A stretch of DNA of 64,000 nt, from the NCBI RefSeq assembly GCF_009914755.1, contig NC_060933.1; one strand, written 5' to 3'. This document shows, piece by piece, positions 57,901 through 64,000 of this stretch. Position 1 is the first letter of the stretch. The number at the start of each line of letters is the position of its first letter. A model generated the notes under the pieces. The model worked only from the letters and a program-made list of their open reading frames with translations. It did no database searches and was not told where the DNA came from. The position numbers and the translations under genes were made by a program. This DNA comes from the human T2T-CHM13v2.0 reference genome, Homo sapiens.

Positions 57901-60900
57901 TCCATTCCGTTGCATTCCATTCCATTACATTCGGATTGATTCTATTCAACTCCCTTACTCTCCATTACATTCCATTCCATTCGGGTTGTTCCATTCCATT
58001 CCATTCCATTCCACTCCATTCCATTGCACTCGGGTTGATTCCATTCCATTCCATTCCATTCCATTCCATTACGGATGATTCCATTCCATTGCCTTCCGTT
58101 CCATTACATTCCCCTAAACTCGCGTTGATTCCATTCCATTCCATTCCATTCCATTCAATTCCGTTCCATTACAATTCGTTCCATTCCATTCTATTCCATA
58201 CCATTCCATTCCATTCCATACCATTCCATTGCATTCCATTCCATTCCATTCCGTTCCATTCCGTTCCATTCCATTCCATTCCATTCTATTCGGGTTAATT
58301 CCATTCCATTCCATTCCATTCCATTCCATTCCATTCCATTCCATTCTATTACAATCGAGTTGATTCCATTCCATTCCATTCCATTCCATTCCATTCCAGT
58401 CCTTTCCATTCCATTCCACTCGGGTTGATTCCATTCTATTAGTTTCCATTCCATTCCATTCCCTTCCATTCCACTCTGCTGATTCCATTCCTTTCCATTC
58501 CACTCGAATACATTCCCTCCTATTCCACTCGGAACGATTCCATTCCATTCCATTCCATTCCATTCCATTCCATTCCATTCCATTCCATTTCTTTCCATTC
58601 CATTCTATTCCGTATCATTCCATTCCATTCCATTCCATTCCACTCCATTCCATTCCACTCGTGTTGATTCCATTCCTTTCCATTCCATTAGGTTTGAAGG
58701 CATTCCATTCCATTCCATTCCATTCCATTCCATTCCATTCCATTCCATTCCATTGTACTCGGGTTGATTCCATTCCATTGCATTCCATTCCATTCCATTC
58801 CGGATGATTCCATTCCATTGCATTCCATTCCATTCCATTCCCCTGCACTCGGGTTGATTCCATTGCATTCCATTCCATTACATTCCGTTCCATTCCATTC
58901 CATTACATTCGGATTGATTCTATTCAATTCCCTTACACTCCATTACATTCCATTCCATTCGGGTAGTTTCCATTCCATTCCATTCCATTCCTCTCCATTC
59001 CATTGCACTCGGGTTGATTCCATTCCATTCCATTCCATTCCATTCCATTCCGGATGATTCCATTCCATTGCATTCCGTTCCATTACATTCCCCTGCACTC
59101 GCGTTGATTCCATTCCATTCCATTCCATTCCATTGAATTCCATTCCATTACAATTCCTTCCATTCCATTCTATTCCGTACCATTCCATTCCATTCCATAC
59201 CATTCCATTGCATTCCATTCCATTCCATTCCATTCCATTCCACTCCATTCCAGTCCTATCCATTCCATTCCAATCAGGTTGATTCCATTCTATTCCTTTC
59301 CATTCGATCTCTTTCCATTGCAATCGAGTTGATTCCATTGCTTTGCATTCCATTCCATTCCATTCCATTCCGGATGATTCCATTCCATTGCATTCCATTC
59401 CATTCCATTCCCCTGCACTCGGGTTGAATCCATTCCATTCCACTCCATTCCGTTCCATTCCATTCCATTCCATTCCATTCCATTGTATTCGGGTTAATTC
59501 CATTCCATTCCATTCCATTCCATTCCATTACAATCGAGTTGATTCCATTCCATTCCATTCCATTCCATTCCAGTCCTTTCCATTCCATTCCACTCGGGTT
59601 GATTCCAATCTATTAGTTTCCATTCCATTCCATTCCCTTCCATTCCACTCTGGTTGATTCCATTCCTTTCCATTCCACTCGAATACATTCCCTCCTATTC
59701 CACTCCGAACGATTCCATTCCATTCCATTCCATTCCATTCCATTCCATTCCGTTCCATTCCATTCCATTACATTCGGATTGATACTATTCAATTCCCTTA
59801 CACTCCAGTACATTCCATTCCATTCGGGTAGTTTCCATTCCATTCCATTCCATTCCTCTCCATTCCATTGCACTCGGGTTGATTCCACTCCATTGCATTG
59901 CATTCCATTCCATTCAATTCCATTCCGTTCCATTCCATTCCATTACATTCGGATTGATTCTATTCAACTCCCTTACTCTCCATTCCATTCCATTCCATTC
60001 GGGTTGTTCCATTCCATTCCATTCCATTCCACTCCATTCCATTGCACTCGGGTTGATTCCATTCCATTCCATTCCATTCCATTCCATTCCATTCCATTCC
60101 GGATGATTCCATTCCATTACATTCCGTTCCATTACATTCCCCTGCACTCGGGTTGATTCCATTCCATTCCATTCCATTCCATTCCATTCCATTCCATTAC
60201 AATTCTTTCCATTCCATTCTATTCCGTACCATTCCATTCCATTCCATACAATTCCATTCCATTCCATTCCATTCCGTTCCGTTCCGTTCCGTTCCGTTCC
60301 GTTCCATTCCATTCCATTCCATTCTATTCGGGTTAATTCCATTCCATTCCATTCCATTCCATTCTATTCCATTCCATTGCAATCGAGTTGAATCCATTGC
60401 ATTCCATTCCATTCCATTCCGGAAGATTCCATTGCATTGCATTCCATTCCATTCCATTCCCCTGCACTCGTGTTGATTCCATTCCATTCCATTCCATTCC
60501 ATTCCATTCCGATCCGTTCCATTCCATTCCATTCCATTCCATTCCATTCCATTCCGTTCAGTTCCGTTCTATTCCATTCCATTCCATTCTATGCGGGTTA
60601 ATTCCATTCCATTCCATTCGATTGCAATCGAGTTGATTCCATTCCATTCCATTCCATTCCATTCCATTCCATTCCATTCCATTCCATTCCATTCCATTCC
60701 ATTCCTTTCCATTAAATTACGTATGATTCCATTCCATTTTATTCCATTCCATTCCATTCCCCGGTACTCTGGTTGATTCCATTCCATTCCATTCCAATCC
60801 ATGCCATTCCACTCGTGTTGATTCCATTCTTTCCATTCCATTCAAGTTGAATCCATTCCATTGCATTCCATTCCATTCGATTCCATTCTATTGCACTCGG

Positions 60901-63900
60901 GTTGATTCCATGGCATTGCATTTCATTCCATTGCATTCCATTCCTTTCCATTCCATTCCATTCCATTCGGATTCATTCTATTCAATTCCCTTACACTCCA
61001 TTACATTCCATTCCATTCGGGTAGTTTCCATTCCATTCCATTCCATTCCTCTCCATTCCATTGCACTCGGGTTGATTCCATTCCATTCCATTCCATTCCA
61101 TTCCATTCCATTCCGGATGATTCCATTCCATTGAATTCCATTCCATTCCATTCCCCTGCACTTGGGTTGATTCCATTCCATTCCATTCCATTCCTTTCTG
61201 TTCCATTCCATTCCATTCCATTCCATTCCATTCTATTCGTGTTAATTCCATTCCATTCTATTCCATTCCATTCCATTGAAATCGAGTTGATTCCATTCCA
61301 TTCCATTCCATTCCATTCCATTCCTATTCCATTCCATTCCATTCCATTCCATTCCGGATGATTCCATTACATTGCATTCCATTCCATTCCATTCCCCTGC
61401 ACTCGGGTTGATTCCATTCGATTCCATTGCATTACATTCCGTTCCATTCCGTTCCATTTCATTCTATTCGGGTTAATTCCATTCCATTGCATTCCACTCC
61501 ATTCCAGTCCTTTCCATTCCATTCCACTCGGGTTGATTCCATTCTATTCCTTTCCATTCCATTCCATTCCATTGCAATCGAGTTGATTCCATTCGAGTTG
61601 AATCCATTCCATTCCATTCCATTCCATTGCACACGGGTTCATTCCATTCCATTCCATTCCATTCCATTCCATTCCATTCCATTTCATTCCATTCCATTCT
61701 ATTCCGTACCATTCCATTCCATCCCATTCCATTCCGTTCCATTCCATGCCATTACACTCGGGTTGATTCCATTCCTTTCCATTCCATTCTTGTTGAATCC
61801 ATTCCATTCCATTCCATTCCATTCGAATCCATTCCATTGCACTCGGGTTGATTCCATTCCATTCCATTCCATTCCATTTCATTCCATTCCATTCCATTAC
61901 ATTCGGATTGATTCTATTGAATTCCCTTACACTCCATTACATTCCTTTCCATTCGGGATGTTTCCTTTCCATTCCATTCCATTCCACTCCATTCCATTGC
62001 ATCAGGTTGATGGCATTCCATTCAATTCCATTCCATTCCGGATGATTCCATTCCATTGCATTCCATTCCATTCCATTCCCCTGCACTCGGGTTGATTCCA
62101 TTCCATTCCATTCCATTCCATTGCATTCCGTTCCATTCCATTCCATTCCATTCTATTCTGGTTAATTCCATTCCATTACATTCGATTCCATTCCATTCCC
62201 TTCCATTCCATTGCAATCGAGTTGATTCCATTCCATTCCATTCCATTCCGTTCCGGATGATTCCATTCCATTCCATTCCATTCCATTCCATTCCATTCCC
62301 CTGCAGTCGGGTTGATTCCATTCCATTCCATTCCATTCCATTCCATTCCATTCCATTCCATTTCGTTCCATTCCATTCCATTCCATTCTATTCGGGTGAA
62401 TTCCATTCCATTCCATTCCATTCCATTCCATTCCATTCCACTCCATTCCAGTCCTTTCCATTCCATTACACTCGGGTGATTCCATTCTATTCCTTTCCAT
62501 TCCATTCCATTCCATTGCAATCGAGTTGATTCCATTGCTTTGCATTCCATTCCATTCCATTCCATTCCGGATGATTCCATTCCGTTGCATTCCTTTCCAT
62601 TACATTCCCCTGCACTCGGGTTTATTCCATTCCATTCCATTCCATTACATTCGATTCCATTCCATTCCCCTGCACTCGCGTTGATTCCATTCCTTTCCAT
62701 TCCATTCCATTCCATTCCATTCCATTCCTCTCCGTTCCATTCCATTCCATTCCATTCCATTCCATTCCGTTCCGTTCCATTCCATTCCATTCCATTCTAT
62801 TCGCGTTAATTCCATTCCATTCCATTCGATTGCAATCGAGTTGATTCCATTCCATTCCATTCCATTCCATTCCATTCCATTCCATTCCATTCCATTCCAT
62901 TCCATTACGGATGATTCTATTCCATTGCATTCCATTCCATTCCATTCCCCTGTACTCGGGTTGATTCCATTGCATTCCATTCCATTCCATTCCCCTGCAG
63001 TCGGGTTGATTCCATTCCATTCCATTCCATTCCTTTCCATTCCATTCCATTCCGTTCCGTTCCGTTCCATTCCATTCCATTCTATTCGGGTTAATTCCAT
63101 TCCATTCCATTCCATTCCTTTCCATTCCATTCCAATCGAGTTGATTCCATTCCATTCCATTCCATTCCATTCCATTCCAGTCCTTTCCATTCCATTCCAC
63201 TCGGGTTGATTCCAATGTATTCCTTTCCATTCCATTCCATTCCATTGCAATTGAGTTGATTCCATTGCTTTGCATTCCATTCCATTCCATTCCATTCCGG
63301 ATGACTCCATTCCATTGCATTCCATTCCATTGCATTCCCCTGCACTCGGGTTGATTCCATTCCATTCCACTCCATTCCTTTGCATTCCATTCCATTCCAT
63401 TGTATTCGGGTTAATTCCATTCCATTCCATTCCATTCCATTCCATTCCATTCCATTCCATTACAATCGAGTTGATTCCATTCCATTCCATTCCATTCCAT
63501 TCCATTCCATTCCAGTCCTTTCCATTCCATTCCACTCGGGTTGATTCCATTCTATTCATTTCCATTCCATTCCATTCCCTTCCATTCCACTCTGGTTGAT
63601 TCCATTCCTTTCCATTCCACTCGAATACATTCCCTCCTATTCCACTCGGAACGATTCCATTCCATTCCATTCCATTCCATTCCATTCCATTCCATTCCAT
63701 TCCATTCCATTTCGTTCCATTCCATTCTATTCCGTATCATTCCATTCCATTCCATTCCAATCCAATCCATTCCATTCCACTCGTGTTGATTCCATTCCTT
63801 TCCATTCCATTCGGTTTGAAGGCTTTCCATTCCATTCCATTCCATTCCATTCCATTCCATTCCATTCCATTCCATTGTACTCGGGTTGATTCCATTCCAT

Positions 63901-64000
63901 TGCATTCCATTCCATTCCATTCCATTGCAATCCATTGCATTCCATTCCATTACATTCGGATTGATTCTATTCAACTCCCTTACTCTCCATTACATTCCAT
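39976..64000 (+). repeat. 28,855-bp macro-repeat unit, copy 2 (truncated by window end; equivalent to 11121-35145)
   Basis: Offset is +28855 up to ~55650, +28850 from ~55691 to ~63660, and +28855 again from 63711. Private variants are shared, e.g. attaaattacgtatg at 31861/60711 and ggttgatggcattcc at ~33155/~62005. Confidence 0.93.

Larger units (their letters stand above)
1..64000 (+). repeat. Satellite III (HSat3)-type array: diverged (CATTC)n with A(C/T)TCGGGTTG-like decamer spacers, C-rich strand on +
   Basis: Continuous CATTC pentamers from first to last base. Spacers ACTCGGGTTG, ACTCGCGTTG, AATCGAGTTG, ATTCGGGTTA and ACTCGTGTTG recur every ~40-150 bp. This matches the classical satellite III definition (ATTCC runs plus A(C/T)TCGGGTTG). 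Subfamily and chromosome cannot be assigned from sequence alone. Confidence 0.97.

Noticed and set aside
21-63974. Hundreds of ORFs (poly-IPFHS on +, poly-MEWNG on -) as protein-coding genes
   Set aside because: The CATTC/GAATG pentamer has no stop codon in any frame and supplies ATG every 5 bp on the minus strand. ORFs overlap in all six frames with no recognisable domain.
1-64000. CRISPR-like repeat-spacer array (constant decamer with variable intervening sequence)
   Set aside because: The intervening sequences are the satellite itself rather than unique spacers, their lengths vary widely, and there are no cas genes or leader.
1-64000. HSat2, alpha satellite or telomeric repeat identity
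   Set aside because: There is no dominant CATTCGATTC-based ~23-26 bp HSat2 pattern, no 171-bp alphoid monomer or CENP-B box, and no TTAGGG. The ~175-bp A/B spacing is a cassette duplication, not alphoid.
1-64000. Transposon insertion, inversion or unique-sequence island
   Set aside because: None seen. The C-rich strand stays on + throughout, and no non-satellite stretch longer than a few tens of bases was found.
1-64000. Assignment to a specific chromosome or HSat3 subfamily (e.g. 9q12)
   Set aside because: The CAACCCGAGT-type spacer is compatible with it, but assignment needs subfamily k-mer comparison or alignment to a complete assembly, which I cannot run.

Overview
The whole 64 kb window is one uninterrupted, single-orientation array of diverged (CATTC)n/(GGAAT)n pentamers. 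It is punctuated by CpG-bearing decamer spacers of the A(C/T)TCGGGTTG type, the classic signature of human/primate Satellite III (HSat3) pericentromeric heterochromatin. No genes, RNA genes, transposon insertions or inversions are visible, and all ORFs (poly-IPFHS / poly-WNGME) are by-products of translating the repeat. The informative signal is structural. (1) A near-identical 28,855-bp tandem duplication runs 11121-39975, then 39976 to beyond the window end; only one CpG transition and two single-pentamer indels were found between the copies. (2) Older nested tandem duplications of ~1.28, ~2.79 and ~1.86 kb lie inside it, with smaller 50-850 bp duplications both inside and upstream of it. 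(3) The array is built from a small set of recurring cassettes. (4) A recurrent in-phase GGAAG/AGAAG pentamer creates about 40 perfect TTCnnGAAnnTTC heat-shock-element matches in a background dense in TEAD/MCAT (CATTCC) motifs. Coordinates were read by eye and from ORF-track offsets, not from a computed alignment.
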